A stretch of DNA of 64,000 nt from Octopus bimaculoides (Eukaryota), in NCBI RefSeq assembly GCF_001194135.2, contig NC_068991.1, positions 18,886,804 to 18,950,803 of the forward strand, in the 5' to 3' direction. Position 1 is the stretch's first letter. Each line of letters opens with the position of its first letter. This document shows, piece by piece, positions 63,444-64,000 of the stretch. The notes beneath the pieces are model-generated. The model saw nothing but the letters and a program-made list of their open reading frames with translations. It was not told the DNA's origin and ran no database searches. Both the position numbers and the translations under genes were made by a program.

Positions 63444-64000
63444 ATACTCATTATATATATATTTAGAAGGTTGTTTGAGAGTGACTATTAGTTTCACATC
63501 TATGAAGTGCTTAGCTGCACAGGCGACTCGTCAGACACAAATGGCCGTAGGCACATCGTCTCTCCATTACTGGAGGAAGGAAAACGTCGAGTCTGACGAG
63601 TCACCTATACAAATCGACGTTGTCTGAGTAGGTGTACGGTGTACAACGTGTTAGATGTCGAAGCAATATATATATATACAAACAAAAATAAGAGGAATGA
63701 CCAGCAAATGTGGACTCCCACATGCCAGAAATAGATGCCGAATCATCCAACCACGAAAAAAATGTTCTCAGCAAAAAATTTAGCGACACAACAGACCGCA
63801 AAAGGGCAAGACAAATGAAAAAATACTAAATTAAAAACGATTAACCTACGTACCATGGTTTCACCTGTTAAAATTTACATAAGTAAATATCTGCAGGATC
63901 GTCAGCGTAGTCTGTCGATTTGAAATATAATTCCCAGAACTAGACACAAGACGTCCACCCGAAACGGAGCACGTGTAGAGTTCTACAAATTACATTCAGT

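Overview
Repeat-saturated, AT-rich metazoan genomic DNA with about 15 N-gaps. Its tRNA-SINE/microsatellite landscape resembles Octopus draft assemblies; that is my recollection, not a database result. There is no prokaryotic-style gene content, and most ORF-track entries are microsatellite or N-gap artefacts. The window appears to be mostly intron of a large minus-strand gene. I found a 12-nt microexon (43129-43140), a 33-nt exon (10769-10801) and a terminal coding exon (5397-5596), all phase 1. They splice into xINV-EYPILWDIPET-GILFPFDEVSVPFEEYSPRYATF...FHFNLVFFVVVAFVLFYF*, which ends like a GPI-anchor signal. The microexon lies inside the loop of a ~97%-identical 335-bp inverted duplication. 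The rest is four or more SINE families (my labels A-E), Tc1/mariner, maT, pogo, piggyBac-type and Kolobok-type DNA elements and MITEs. Also present are decayed L1/Tx1, R4/Dong-like, HERO-like, Penelope-like and Ty3/Gypsy fragments, degenerate minimal hammerhead motifs, and a ~51-bp minisatellite. Most repeat boundaries are approximate (about +/-10-30 nt). Exon calls rest on splice signals only.
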